Positions 1-10,516 of a stretch of 64,000 nt of DNA are shown here, piece after piece; position 1 is the stretch's first letter, and each line of letters opens with the position of its first letter. This stretch comes from Desulfonatronospira sp. (lineage in GTDB: Bacteria > Desulfobacterota > Desulfovibrionia > Desulfovibrionales > Desulfonatronovibrionaceae), in contig PUMA01000181.1 in assembly GCA_003551155.1 (NCBI GenBank), positions 800-64,799 of the forward strand, read 5' to 3'. The notes beneath the pieces are model-generated. The model ran no database searches. It saw only the letters and a list, made by a program, of their open reading frames with translations, and had not been told where the DNA came from. The position numbers and the translations under genes were made by a program.

Positions 1-476
1 TAGGATTCGTCCCGATTGTCCCCCAGCACGAAATAACTGTCCTCCGGAACAGAAAAAGGGCCGAAGTTGTCGCGTTCATCCACGACACGCCTGTCTGCGT
101 AACGTACATATTCTTCAGCAATCTTTTCTCCGTTAACAAAAAGCTGCTTGTCTCTTATCTCGATTTCGTCCCCGGGAGTACCGATAACCCTCTTAATAAA
201 ATCCTTGGAGGGATTTTCCGGAAACTCAAATACTATTATATCCTGAAATTCAGGCCCGTCAAATTCAAATATGAATCTGTCCATAAAGGGCATCCTGACT
301 CCGTAACTGAATTTGTTCACCAGCAGATGATCTCCGATCTCCAGGGTCGGGAGCATGGATCCGGAAGGAATCTTAAAGGCCTGCACCACAAAGGTGCGGA
401 TAAATACTGCCAGAATCAGCGCAATTATAAGCGCTTCTGCATACTCCTTCAACAGTTTGTGCCATCTGGGGTTCAT
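1..476 (-). CDS. lepB: Signal peptidase I (partial, runs off window start)
   Basis: Manual translation from ATG at 476: MNPRWHKLLKEYAEALIIALILAVFIRTFVVQAFKIPSGSMLPTLEIGDHLLVNKF (catalytic Ser in PSGSM), later DFIKR-type box; follows lepA. Confidence 0.93.
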   Translation of the reverse strand, partial: MNPRWHKLLKEYAEALIIALILAVFIRTFVVQAFKIPSGSMLPTLEIGDHLLVNKFSYGVRMPFMDRFIFEFDGPEFQDIIVFEFPENPSKDFIKRVIGTPGDEIEIRDKQLFVNGEKIAEEYVRYADRRVVDERDNFGPFSVPEDSYFVLGDNRDES

Positions 477-572
477 CTATAAGCCATCCTCTGATTATAG
501 TCCCTGTTGTTAACAAGGCCCGTTTTGCTGGCTGATGCTCGTCAGACCGGTCAGCCGGGAAAAATCGACTAG

Positions 573-2375
573 TTAATCATCAGCACTGAGGGCCGCCAGA
601 AAGGCCTCCTGGGGAATCTCCACGCTCCCCATTTTTTTCATGCGCCTTTTGCCTTCTTTCTGCTTTTCCAGAAGCTTTCTCTTGCGGGTTATGTCTCCGC
701 CGTAACATTTGGCTGTAACATTCTTGCGCAAGGGAGCGATACGCTCCCTTGCGATAACTTTATTTCCAATGGTGGCCTGAATGACAATCTCAAAAAGCTG
801 CCTGGGAATGAACCTTTTCAGCTTCAGGGCCAGTGAACGGCCTTTGTGGTAGGCCTTTTCCCTGTGGACGATCACGGACATGGCGTCCACCGGTTCAGAG
901 TTGATCAATATGTCCATGCGCACCAGATCAGCCCGGCGAAAATCCAGGATCTCGTAATCCAGGGAGGCATAGCCCCGTGTAAGGGACTTGAGGCGGTCAA
1001 AAAAGTCAAAGACAATCTCGGCAAAGGGAAGTTCATAGGTTATGATAACCCTTGTGGACGAAAGATAGCGCATATCCCTCTGTCTCCCGCGCTTCTCCTC
1101 GCACAGGCTCAGGACATTGCCCACAAACTCGTTGGGGACATGGATCTCCATACGCACATATGGCTCCATTACCTCTGATATTTCCTGAACCGGGGGAAGT
1201 CTGGCCGGATTGTCCACCTCCATCACCGTCCCGTCCAGCTTGTTTATTCTGTAAACCACGGATGGTGCCGTGGCTATCAGGTTGACCTTAAACTCTCTCT
1301 CCAGACGTTCCTGAATGACGTCCATGTGCAGAAGACCCAGAAAGCCGCAGCGAAAACCGAATCCCAGGGCCTGAGAGGTCTCGCTCTCGTATTCCAGGGC
1401 TGCATCGTTTAATTGCAGCCTTTCCAGAGCATTCTTGAGATCCTCGTAATCATCCGAATCCACAGGGTACAGCCCGCAGAAGACCATGGGCTGCACTCTC
1501 TTGAAGCCTGGAAACGGCCTGTCAGCAGGCCTGGACGGGGTGGTGACGGTATCACCCACCCTGGCGTCCTTGAGGTCCTTGATCCCTGCGCAAAGGAACC
1601 CCACCTCGCCGGTACTCAAAAATTCCGTATACTTGGGTCCGGGAGAAAAAACACCCAGCTTGGCCACTTCAAACTTCTTTCTGTTGGAAAACATCATGAT
1701 TTCCTGGCCCTGTTCAATCCATCCCTCCAAAACGCGGAACAGGACCATGACCCCGAGATAGGAATCATACCAGGAATCAAAGATCAGGGCCTTTAGCGGC
1801 GCCTTTATGTCCCCTTTTGGCGGAGGAATGACCCGAACTATCTTTTCCAGGAGCTCCTGCACTCCCTTGCCTGTCTTGGCACTGACCAGAGAGATGCCTG
1901 AACAGTCGAGACCCACAATTTCCTCTATTTCCCGGGCCATGCGCTCCGGATCTGCACTGGGCAGGTCAATCTTGTTCAACACCGGAATAATTTCCAGGTC
2001 ATGATCCAGGGCCAGGTAAACATTGGCCAGAGTCTGGGCTTCCACCCCCTGGGTGGCATCCACTACCAGCAAGGCCCCGTCGCAGGCGGCCAGGCTCCTG
2101 GAGACCTCATAGGAGAAATCCACGTGGCCGGGCGTGTCTATGAGATTGAGAATATATTCTCTCCCGTCTGCAGCTGTGTAGGGGATGCGTACACTCTGGG
2201 CCTTGATGGTGATTCCGCGCTCGCGCTCCAGATCCAGGCGGTCCAGATACTGCTCCTTCATGTCCCGGCCGGTGAGCAGCCCGGTAAGTTCCAGAATCCT
2301 GTCTGCCAGGGTGGACTTGCCATGGTCAATGTGGGCAATTATGCTGAAATTACGGATAGTTTCCTGGTTTACCAT
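573..2375 (-). CDS. lepA: Elongation factor 4 / GTPase LepA
   Basis: [52 protein letters not shown]; likely start MVNQ at 2375. Confidence 0.97.
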   Translation of the reverse strand: MVNQETIRNFSIIAHIDHGKSTLADRILELTGLLTGRDMKEQYLDRLDLERERGITIKAQSVRIPYTAADGREYILNLIDTPGHVDFSYEVSRSLAACDGALLVVDATQGVEAQTLANVYLALDHDLEIIPVLNKIDLPSADPERMAREIEEIVGLDCSGISLVSAKTGKGVQELLEKIVRVIPPPKGDIKAPLKALIFDSWYDSYLGVMVLFRVLEGWIEQGQEIMMFSNRKKFEVAKLGVFSPGPKYTEFLSTGEVGFLCAGIKDLKDARVGDTVTTPSRPADRPFPGFKRVQPMVFCGLYPVDSDDYEDLKNALERLQLNDAALEYESETSQALGFGFRCGFLGLLHMDVIQERLEREFKVNLIATAPSVVYRINKLDGTVMEVDNPARLPPVQEISEVMEPYVRMEIHVPNEFVGNVLSLCEEKRGRQRDMRYLSSTRVIITYELPFAEIVFDFFDRLKSLTRGYASLDYEILDFRRADLVRMDILINSEPVDAMSVIVHREKAYHKGRSLALKLKRFIPRQLFEIVIQATIGNKVIARERIAPLRKNVTAKCYGGDITRKRKLLEKQKEGKRRMKKMGSVEIPQEAFLAALSADD

Positions 2376-2566
2376 TGTCTGCTGCTGCAAAAAATCCAAT
2401 GCCCGGCCAATACCCCGGGCTCTTGGCAATTATTTAATCCTGCAGCGAACTTCATTATCATTCACAGCCCATTTATCAGCTCCTGGCGCAGAAGGCCCGG
2501 ATATTTAAACTGTCAGCAGCAGGCAGGCACATGAAGTTCTGCTGAAGTATTAACCCGGGATTGCCA

Positions 2567-3058
2567 TTATGCCCTGGTCAGTTCTTTTATCTTGTTTACC
2601 ACATGGGGCAGGGCCTCCTGCACCTCCCTGCTCAGGCCTTCCTGCATTTTTTCCGGAATATGGGCGGCCCTGACCACAATTATGCTCAACCTGATATCAG
2701 TGGCCTCCTGGAGTTCCTTGAGCAGGTTGGTAGTGGGGAACTGATGCATGGAGAAATCAGCGATTTTCTTGGGGTCCACCTCATGGATATCTATTTCTTT
2801 GACCTGACCGGGGTAGAGATCTTCATCAGTGGTGATATCGACAATTATTACCCTCTGGGGATGCCTGTCGCTGAGGATAAGGTCAAACAAAAGAGGTCTG
2901 ATGGATGTGCCTGCGTCTATGAGAGTCACATCCGGACCAGGTCCGTTCTCTTCCTGCAACTTACTGATAACCATGGGTCCGAGCCCGTCATCCCCATAAA
3001 GGGTATTGCCGCATCCGAAAACCACCACCCTGGAATTGAACATCCTGGACCAGTCCAT
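2567..3058 (-). CDS. Hydrogenase maturation protease
   Basis: GCGNTLYGDDGLGP, DAGT, SMHQ motifs; directly downstream of the hydrogenase large subunit. Confidence 0.9.
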   Translation of the reverse strand: MDWSRMFNSRVVVFGCGNTLYGDDGLGPMVISKLQEENGPGPDVTLIDAGTSIRPLLFDLILSDRHPQRVIIVDITTDEDLYPGQVKEIDIHEVDPKKIADFSMHQFPTTNLLKELQEATDIRLSIIVVRAAHIPEKMQEGLSREVQEALPHVVNKIKELTRA

Positions 3059-3154
3059 AACCGGCGATTAACTCCCTGCGTCAAAAAATTAAGCCGTCTC
3101 CACCAAAAGGGTAGAGACGGCTCCTTATAAACAATTTATCGAGTTCTGTCTAAC

Positions 3155-4603
3155 CTATTTGCCCATGGTCTCCAAAACATTGCCAGAGGCATCCAAAATG
3201 CTCACCTCTACGTTCAGACCGCCGTCCAGGCGGTGAGTAGCACAGCTCATTCACGGGTCGTAGGCGCGTATGGCCATCTCCACCCGGTTCAAAAGCCCCT
3301 GATCGTAGTTTCCGTCCTTGATCACAGCCTTGGCCGCCTGCCTGACAGAGAGGTTCATGGGTGCATTGTTGTGCGTGGTGCCCACGATAAGATTGGCCAT
3401 GGTCACAAAACCGTTGTCATCGGTCTTGTAGTGATGGATCAGTGTACCCCTGGCAGCCTCGACACATCCGACCCCTTCACCGGCCCTGGGCTGGATGTCT
3501 TTGCACCTGATTTCGCGTCCGGTGATCTCCGGATCATTCAGGAGCTCCTCGGCCCGCTCGCAGGCCTGGACCAGTTCGATCAGCCTGGCCCAGTGGTACA
3601 GAAGGGTCAGATGTGTGGGCCGGCCGAATTCCTTGCGGAAAATGTCCAGTTCTTCCTGGGCCATGGGGGTGGCCATTTTGTCGCAGACATTTATGCGCGC
3701 CAGGGTGTTGGCCCGGTATACGCCCACTGGGTCGTTCTCGTCCAGCTTGAGGGCTCCCCATTTCCTGGCGTAGGGGAATTTCATATAGGACCACGGTTCG
3801 GTATGCTCTCCGATATAATTCACGTATTCGGAATACTTGAACTGGTCGAATTCTCCGTTCTGGTCCATGAGCCTGAGTTCGCCGTCGTACAGCTCCAAAG
3901 CGCCGTCCGAGGGACGAACAGTGCCCAGGTAGCCGGAAGGAAATACTCCCAGGACCTTGACTGCGTCCAGATACTTGGGAAAGACCTCTTCCCGGGCGAA
4001 CTTGATGGTGAACAGACTGAACTCCTTGAGTTCCTGGATGCCTTCCAGGATCTCCCTGCGTTCATCTTCTTTCAAGGGTTTGGAAAATCCCCCCACCACC
4101 CCGGCTATGGGATGAATCACCTTGCCGGCGAATTTTTCCAGCATCATCTGGCCCTTGTAGCGCATATGCACCACTTTCTTGGCCAGTTCCGGGTTCGCTC
4201 CGACAATGCCCACAACGTTGCGCACGGAATAGTCCGCATCCGGTCCCAGGACGAAATCCGGGGCAGCCAGAAAGTAAAAGTGCAGGATTTTGTCCGGGAT
4301 ATAGGCCATCATCTGGCACAATTCCCTCAGTTTTCTACCCGTAGGGGGCAGTTCCAGGCCCAGACACTCGTCTGCAGCCTTGTTGGCAGCCAGGTGGTGC
4401 TGCCAGGGACAGATCCCGCATATACGGGTTACTATCCTGGACACCTCCTCCACCGGCCGGCCCAGCACAAACTGTTCAAACCCGCGCAGAGAAAGAACGT
4501 GCAGCCTGGCGTCTGCTACATTTCCGGAATCATCCAGATGTATGGCCACGCTGGCGTGCCCCTCAATGCGGGTTATAGGAGCTATATTCAGTGTCTTACC
4601 CAT
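3155..4603 (-). CDS. mvhA: Mvh-type (group 3c) [NiFeSe] hydrogenase large subunit, selenoprotein, 482 aa with UGA read-through
   Basis: TRIEGH and RICGIC (L1 motif). The ORF 'stop' TGA at 3251-3253 continues in frame as AYDP-U-MSCATH-RLDGGLNVEVSILDASGNVLETMGK-TAG(3155-3157), i.e. the L2 motif plus a cleavable C-terminal tail. Confidence 0.93.
3218..3234 (-). promoter_or_regulatory. SECIS-like hairpin of mvhA
   Basis: ACCGCC-TGGAC-GGCGGT, perfect 6-bp stem starting 16 nt after the UGA. Confidence 0.8.
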
Positions 4604-4605
4604 AT

Positions 4606-5544
4606 CTACCTCCTGACCGGTCTTTTCAAAACGCCGTGGGCCCCTGAAAAACGGGCCAGGTACCCCCGGCGGTCTGGCATCTTGTTCGGATCAAAACCCA
4701 CCGAAGCCAATGCTCCCATGTAGTCCACCAGGGGCTTGGCGCCTTTTCTGACGGGGCCGTAGCATCCTCTGCACGGAACCCGGGCGGCAATACACCTGGG
4801 TGCCCCCTTGTGTCCGCCGCAACCGACCCCGGTCACCGGGCCCAGGCAGAGCAGACCCTGCTCCAGCAGGCAGCGCATCTCATCCAGGGGTCTGTCCGGA
4901 TCATATTCCGGGGAAGCCAGCATGCGCTTTATGTCTGACAGCCCCTTTTTGCTTTCCCTGATGGTAGGGCAGGCGTCGCACACGGACTTCTCCGGCATCC
5001 TGTATTCGGTTTTGCCTTCCAGGAGGGCCAGCACGGCCCCGGTAATCCAGTCCGGATGAGGTGGGCAGCCAGGCAGATACAGGTCGACATTGACCAGCTC
5101 ATCCAGGGCATAACACTGATCCAGCAGGGGCGGAATGTGCTCCGTGGGGTAATCCGCAGGATCGGTGGTGGGTGAATCCTTGTAATAGAACTGCTTCAGG
5201 TCTTCGTCGGAATACATGTTGATCATTGCCGGAATACCACCGTCAGTGGCGCATGTCCCAAGGGCGATGAGAATCTGGCATTTTTTACGCATTTCCAGAA
5301 GCACCTCCCTGTGCTCTTCGTTGCGCACGCCTCCGGAAACAATGCCCACCACAGCTTCCGGGATGCTCAGCTCCTTTTCCTCACCGGTCTGTCCGAAATA
5401 CTTCTTGTCCAGAATGACCGGGATGTGCACGAATTCCAGGTTGTTGACCAGAAGATCCACCAGGACATCTCCCACGTTGAGTATGGCGATTTCACATCCG
5501 GCACAGGCGTTAAGCCATTCTTCGGCTACAGTTACTTTAGTCAT
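4606..5544 (-). CDS. mvhG: Mvh-type hydrogenase small subunit
   Basis: WLNACAGCE, ALGTCATDGG, YLPGCPP, CLGPVT, CRGCYGP Fe-S motifs; upstream of mvhA. Confidence 0.92.
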   Translation of the reverse strand: MTKVTVAEEWLNACAGCEIAILNVGDVLVDLLVNNLEFVHIPVILDKKYFGQTGEEKELSIPEAVVGIVSGGVRNEEHREVLLEMRKKCQILIALGTCATDGGIPAMINMYSDEDLKQFYYKDSPTTDPADYPTEHIPPLLDQCYALDELVNVDLYLPGCPPHPDWITGAVLALLEGKTEYRMPEKSVCDACPTIRESKKGLSDIKRMLASPEYDPDRPLDEMRCLLEQGLLCLGPVTGVGCGGHKGAPRCIAARVPCRGCYGPVRKGAKPLVDYMGALASVGFDPNKMPDRRGYLARFSGAHGVLKRPVRR

Positions 5545-5567
5545 ATAAGTACCTCCATTAAGGACGA

Positions 5568-6020
5568 TTAGGCCCGGGCTGCCTGTCGGACGTTAACTGC
5601 CCCCTGGCGGGCCTTAAGCGGATTAGGCCCAAGAGACCTGATCTTTTCCGTAAACTCGGTGACCAGTTTGGCGAACCTGGGAGCCTCTGCCGAAGATACC
5701 CAGTCAATCCTGAACCTTTCCGGGTCGATTCCCAGATCCTCCAGCACCAGTTTTACGGCCTCTCCCCGGGCGTATGCCTTGTGATTACCTTCCAGGTAAT
5801 GACATTCACCCAGGTGTCAGCCCAGAACCAGTACGCCGTCGGCACCCTTTTCCAGGGCCTCCACAACCAGGTTGGGATGCACCATTCCCGAACACATTAC
5901 TCTGATGGCGCGCATGTTGGGTGGATACTGCAGCCTGGATACTCCGGCCAGATCCGCTCCTGCATAAGCGCACCAGTTACAGAGAAATCCGATAATGACG
6001 GGTTCTTTATTTTCAGCCAT
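5568..6020 (-). CDS. mvhD: MvhD [2Fe-2S] subunit, selenoprotein, 150 aa with UGA read-through
   Basis: FLCNWCAYAGAD...RVMCSG...GADGVLVLG-U(TGA 5817-5819)-HLGECHYLEGN...GIDPERFRIDWVSSAEAPRF...TAA(5568-5570); U sits in the first Cys position of the GCHxGxCHY motif. Confidence 0.93.
5784..5800 (-). promoter_or_regulatory. SECIS-like hairpin of mvhD
   Basis: ATTACC-TGGAA-GGTAAT, perfect 6-bp stem starting 16 nt after the UGA; same geometry as the mvhA hairpin. Confidence 0.8.
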
Positions 6021-6037
6021 GAAACCTTCTCCTTTTT

Positions 6038-9000
6038 TTAAACATTCTCCAGAGCCGCATGCACCTGGGCTCTGAGCTGCTCATTGGTGAAGCCGTGCAC
6101 GAAAACGCCCTGCTTGGGACAGGTGGCCTCACAGATGCCGCAACCCTTGCACAGGGCTTTGTTGGTCTCGATTTTCTTGTGCATGGCCTCGTCACGCTCG
6201 TAATCTGTCAGGGTTATGGCCCCATAAGGACACGTGTCCACGCAGATGGCGCAGCCGTCACAATTTTCAGTAACAAAGGACTTGATGGAATCCAGGGGCA
6301 TGACCGCCCTTGAAAGTATGGTGGAGGCCCTGGAAACGGCTGCCTGGGCCTGGGCGATGCATTCATCCACTGGCTTGGGGTAATGGCACAACCCGGCCAG
6401 AAACATGCCGTCCACGCTCATGTCCACTGGGCGCAGCTTGGCGTGGGCTTCCTGCAGGAAGCCATCACTGTTCAGCCCGCACTTATAGAGCTCAACAAGG
6501 TTCTTATGGTCAGCCGGAACAACAGCAGAGGCCAGAACCAGATAGTCCGGCCTGATTTCAACATCCCGGAAAAGCACGTGATCGCGGGCCACAACCAACA
6601 GATCATCTCCGTCCCTGGACACCCTGGGCTTATTTTCCAGATCGTACTGAATAAAAATTACTCCCATTTCCCGGGCTTTCTGGTATAAATCCTCCCGGGC
6701 ACCGTATGTTCGTATATCGCGGTAAAGCACGTATACCGGCATTCTGGGACTGGCTTTTTTCAGCTCAATGGCCGAATGCACGGTATGGGTGCAGCAGATC
6801 CGACTGCAGTACGGACGTTCAGGCTCCCGGGACCCGACACACTGGATGAACACGGCTCCTTTGGCCTTTTCCAGGGCCGGCCTGTGCTCAGAGATTTCCC
6901 TGTCAAACTCAAAGTGGGTGAACACCCGGTCGTCCTGACCGTATAGATATTCCTGGGGCTTATATTCCTTGCCTCCGGTGCAGACCACGGCAATGCCGTA
7001 CTTGATTGCCTTTCTTTCTCCATTTACCTCGATTTCGCTGACAAAATCACCCACAGAGCCCTTGTTGGTCTTAAGCTCGGCATTTTTGTAGACTTTGATT
7101 CTGGAATGGTTTTCCACCCTGGCAATGAGATTCTCCAGATAAGGACGGATCTCTTCCCCCCGCCAGGTTGTGACCAGGCTCCAGGCATTGCCGCCGAGCC
7201 TGTCCGACTTTTCCAGGAGATAGGTTTCATAGCCCTGGTCTGCCAGCCCAAGGGCAGTGACCATGCCGGAAATTCCACCGCCCACCACCAGTGCACTCTG
7301 ATTCACATTGACCGACAAATGTTCCAGGGGCTCCAGCATAGAAGCCTTGACCACTGACATGCGCAGCTGGTCCCTGGCCTTTTCAAGAGCCTTTTCCGGC
7401 TCTTTGCCGTGAACCCAGCTGTTCTGGTTGCGGATATTGGCCATCTCAAACAGGTATTCATTGAGCCCGGAATCCTTCATGGTTTCCCTGAAGAGAGGCT
7501 CGTGGGTCCTGGGTGTACAAGCGGCCACAACAACCCGGTTCAGATTGTGTTCCTGGATCTTTTCCTTGATCATGACCTGGGTATCCTGGGAACAGGAAAA
7601 GAGATTGTTTTCCACAAAGACCACATTGGGCAGCCCCTTGGCGTATTCCACCAGCTCCTTAACATCTATGGTCCCGGCAATGTTGATGCCGCAGGAACAG
7701 ACGAAGACACCTACCCGCGGCTCTTCCCGGGCAACATCTCTTTCAGGCGGGAAGGTTCTCTCATGGGTCAAAGAGCCCCTCTGGTTGATAAGGGCTATGG
7801 AGGCCGAAGCTGCTGCTGAAGAAGCCTCGGTAACTGACTGGGGGATATCCTTTGGACTCTGAAAACATCCGCTGGCGTAAATCCCGGGCACATTGGTGGC
7901 CGCAGGAGCAAAACTGGAGCTCTGGGCGAAATGGTACTTGTCCAGTTCCACACCCAGGGCTCTGGCCAGCTCCATGGAGCCCTTGGTCACTTCCAGGCCC
8001 ACGGACAGAACAAGCATATCAAAGTCTTCCTTAACTCTCTCCCCGGTCTGGTCGTTGAAGTATTCCACGACAACTCCCCCCTTCATTTCCGGGATAAGCC
8101 GTGTGGATGCGGCTCTGGATAAAACGGATCCCTTTTTCCCTGGCCTGCTCATAGTATTTGTCAAACTCTTTGCCGTGGGTGCGGATGTCCATGTAGAAAA
8201 TCGCCTGGTCCATATCCCCGGTGGTATGCTCGGAAGTAACCAGGGCCTGCTTGATGGCGTACATGCAGCATACAGAGGAACAGTATCCATTGTCGCACTT
8301 GTTGATGTTTCTGGAGCCCACGCACTGCAGCCAGGCGATTTTCCTGGGCTCCTTTTCGTCCGAGGGACGGACCAGGTGACCCATGCACGGACCATTGGAG
8401 GAAAGAAGCCTCTCATATTCCATGCTGGTAACCACGTCCTTGAACTGGGAATAGGCATAGGTGTCGAAAACCGAAGGATCAAAAGGCTTGAACCCGGGAG
8501 TCAGGATGACTGAGCCTACGTTAATCTCCTTGATCTCATCATCGAATTCCTGGTCCAGATCAATGGCCCCGGTGGGGCAGTACTTTTCACAGGCCCTGCA
8601 TTTGCCCTTGCCCTTGACTCCCTTGTTGCCGCCCTTGACAAAGAAGATACAGGTTTTCTTTTCAATGACTTACTTCAAAGGCACTGTCTGGCCGTACTTG
8701 ATATAGGCCGACTTGCGCTTGTCCAGGCCTTCGTTGAATTCATCCGGAACCTTTTTGGGACATTTTTCAGCACAGAGATTACAGGCTATGCATTTGTCCA
8801 TGTCCACAATACGCGGCTTCTGGCGAACCCTGACAGAGAAGTTGCCTTCCTGTCCGCTGATGCCCTCCACCTCGGCCAGAGTGAGAAGCTCAATATTTAA
8901 GTGCCGACCGCACTCAACCAGTTTGGGCGAGATGATTCACATGGCACAGTCATTCGTGGGAAAAGTCTTGTCCAGCTGGGCCATGGCCCCGCCGATACCG

Positions 9001-9116
9001 GATGTCATTTCCACCAGGTACACATAGTATCCTGCGTCAGCCAGATCCAGGGCAGATTGAATGCCGGCTATTCCTCCGCCGACAACCATGACTGCGCCAA
9101 CTTTTTCTTGTGACAT
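6038..9116 (-). pseudogene. hdrA: Large (~1025 aa if repaired) HdrA-like flavoprotein with two FAD modules; Sec codon plus one nonsense codon and one frameshift
   Basis: ATG at 9116 gives [18 protein letters not shown]...[12 protein letters not shown](TGA 8937-8939)-IISPKL. In-frame TAA at 8670-8672 after VPLK, with the same frame continuing VIEKKTC...CRACEKYCPTGAI...QCVGSR...CSSVCC. Frame change at the C6 run 8076-8081 into the 6038 ORF, which carries a second VVGGGISG and QCVGSR module and the C-terminal ferredoxin. Confidence 0.85.
8898..8916 (-). promoter_or_regulatory. SECIS-like hairpin of hdrA
   Basis: TGAGTGC-GGTCG-GCACTTA, 7-bp stem with one G-U pair, starting 20 nt after the UGA. 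Confidence 0.6.
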
Positions 9117-9158
9117 ATTTACCCCCTTTCTTAGCAGCGGTTAAAATAAATAAACTCG

Positions 9159-9173
9159 AATCAAGCCTTGATT
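9159..9173. promoter_or_regulatory. Candidate transcription-factor operator upstream of hdrA
   Basis: Perfect 7-1-7 palindrome AATCAAG-C-CTTGATT in the AT-rich divergent intergenic region. Confidence 0.4.
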
Positions 9174-9370
9174 AGATATGCACATCCTCAATTTATAGAA
9201 CAATTATCATCATTATTAGAAGAAGAACTTTAGTACATGTTTATAAAGTAAAAAGCTAGACCCTAACAGCATTTTTTTTCTTAAGAACACTAAATAGTTG
9301 GTCCAGATGGCTTGCCCTGTGCGCGTTTATCAAATAAAAAGAAAGAAACCATGTAGGGAAGATCGCAAAA

Positions 9371-10138
9371 ATGAATATCTGTCTTCGCTGCTGTCTGGCT
9401 GTACTCTTGATAATAAACCTGGCTGCCCTGTCGGCAGGGTGCGCTAAAAAGGTTTACCCACCTGCCCCTCCAAGGCATGAGCTTCCAGTGCCTGAAAAAC
9501 CATCCGAGCCCGAAGTACGGAAAGATTATGAACAGGCTCCAGGGACTTATACCGTGCTGGGACAGACCTATACCCCTCTGCCCACGGCCAGGGGATTCCA
9601 GGAGGAAGGCATAGCTTCCTGGTATGGCCCCAAATTCCACGGCAAAAAAACCGCCAGCGGGGAAGTTTTCAACATGTATGAAATGACTGCAGCTCACAGG
9701 CTGCTGCCCATGCACACCAAGGTTGAGGTAACCAATCTGGAAAACCACAGGAAAGTTACCCTGCGCATCAATGACCGCGGACCCTTTGTGAATGACCGGG
9801 TCATTGACCTTTCTTTCGCTGCAGCCAGGAAGCTGGAGATGATAGGACCAGGCACTGCCCCTGTGCGGGTCAGGGCTGTGGGAAGTGTTTCCAGGGATGA
9901 ACTGCCCGGCATTTTCTTTGTTCAGGTGGGTTCTTTTTCCAACAGGGAAAACGCCCTGAGAAAACAGGAAACTATGAAGAAACAGGGATACCGGGACACA
10001 AGGCTTCAGGAATACCGGATAAACGGGCAGAATTTCTGGCGGGTGCAGGCCGGAAGATTCTATAGCGTCGGCGCTGCAGAAAAAGCCAGGGATACTCTGG
10101 CCAGCAATTATTCAGAAGCCTTTATCATTGCTGATTGA
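9371..10138 (+). CDS. rlpA: Septal ring lytic transglycosylase RlpA lipoprotein with SPOR domain
   Basis: Lipobox SAGC, GIASWYGPKFHGKKTASGE, RINDRGPF, IDLSFAAA, C-terminal SPOR domain. Confidence 0.95.
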   Translation: MNICLRCCLAVLLIINLAALSAGCAKKVYPPAPPRHELPVPEKPSEPEVRKDYEQAPGTYTVLGQTYTPLPTARGFQEEGIASWYGPKFHGKKTASGEVFNMYEMTAAHRLLPMHTKVEVTNLENHRKVTLRINDRGPFVNDRVIDLSFAAARKLEMIGPGTAPVRVRAVGSVSRDELPGIFFVQVGSFSNRENALRKQETMKKQGYRDTRLQEYRINGQNFWRVQAGRFYSVGAAEKARDTLASNYSEAFIIAD

Positions 10139-10415
10139 TTTCTGACCTGAATTTCCTGGAAAGTCTGAACACCACCACCTTCCGGCCGGGAAGAATAATG
10201 GCTTCGCTTGTCTGGGGGTTTCGTCCCTTTCTTGGTTTTTTTTCATAGGTTTCAAATTTTCCGAAACCGCTGATCAGCAGGGCATGATCCTTTTTTATGG
10301 CCTTCTTGACGATCCGCAGAAGATGTTCAATCTGGTCCTTGACTTCTGAGCGGTTGCGGTCGCTTTGTTCATAAATCTTATCCACCAGATCCGCCTTGGT
10401 AAGAGTGCTGACCAT
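10125..10415 (-). CDS. ihfA: Integration host factor alpha-like / HU-family protein
   Basis: TLTKADLVD, ISGFGKF, RKGRNPQT. Confidence 0.85.
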   Translation of the reverse strand: MVSTLTKADLVDKIYEQSDRNRSEVKDQIEHLLRIVKKAIKKDHALLISGFGKFETYEKKPRKGRNPQTSEAIILPGRKVVVFRLSRKFRSEINQQ

Positions 10416-10516
10416 ATTCTTCCTCCCGTTTTCCTTTTCCCGGCCTGAATATGGTCATTCAGGCCGGGGATCCATTGATTTAAATGATTGACACACTCCG
10501 GCATGAGCCTGAAAAA

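Noticed and set aside
3233-4723. 496-aa plus-strand ORF
   Set aside because: Antisense shadow of mvhA with no recognisable motifs; typical of GC-rich codon bias
5567-5630. 10-bp direct repeat GGGCCTAATC near the mvhD 3' end
   Set aside because: Too short, only two copies; compatible with chance or a tiny local duplication
8122-8482. N-terminal part of the 814-aa ORF (6038-8482) as a real protein start
   Set aside because: Off-frame text upstream of the frameshift; HdrA-like sequence in this frame starts only after about 8080
8670-8672. TAA in hdrA as a programmed recoding site
   Set aside because: UAA is not a Sec or Pyl codon, the expected residue is Tyr, and no recoding structure is evident; treated as a lesion or error
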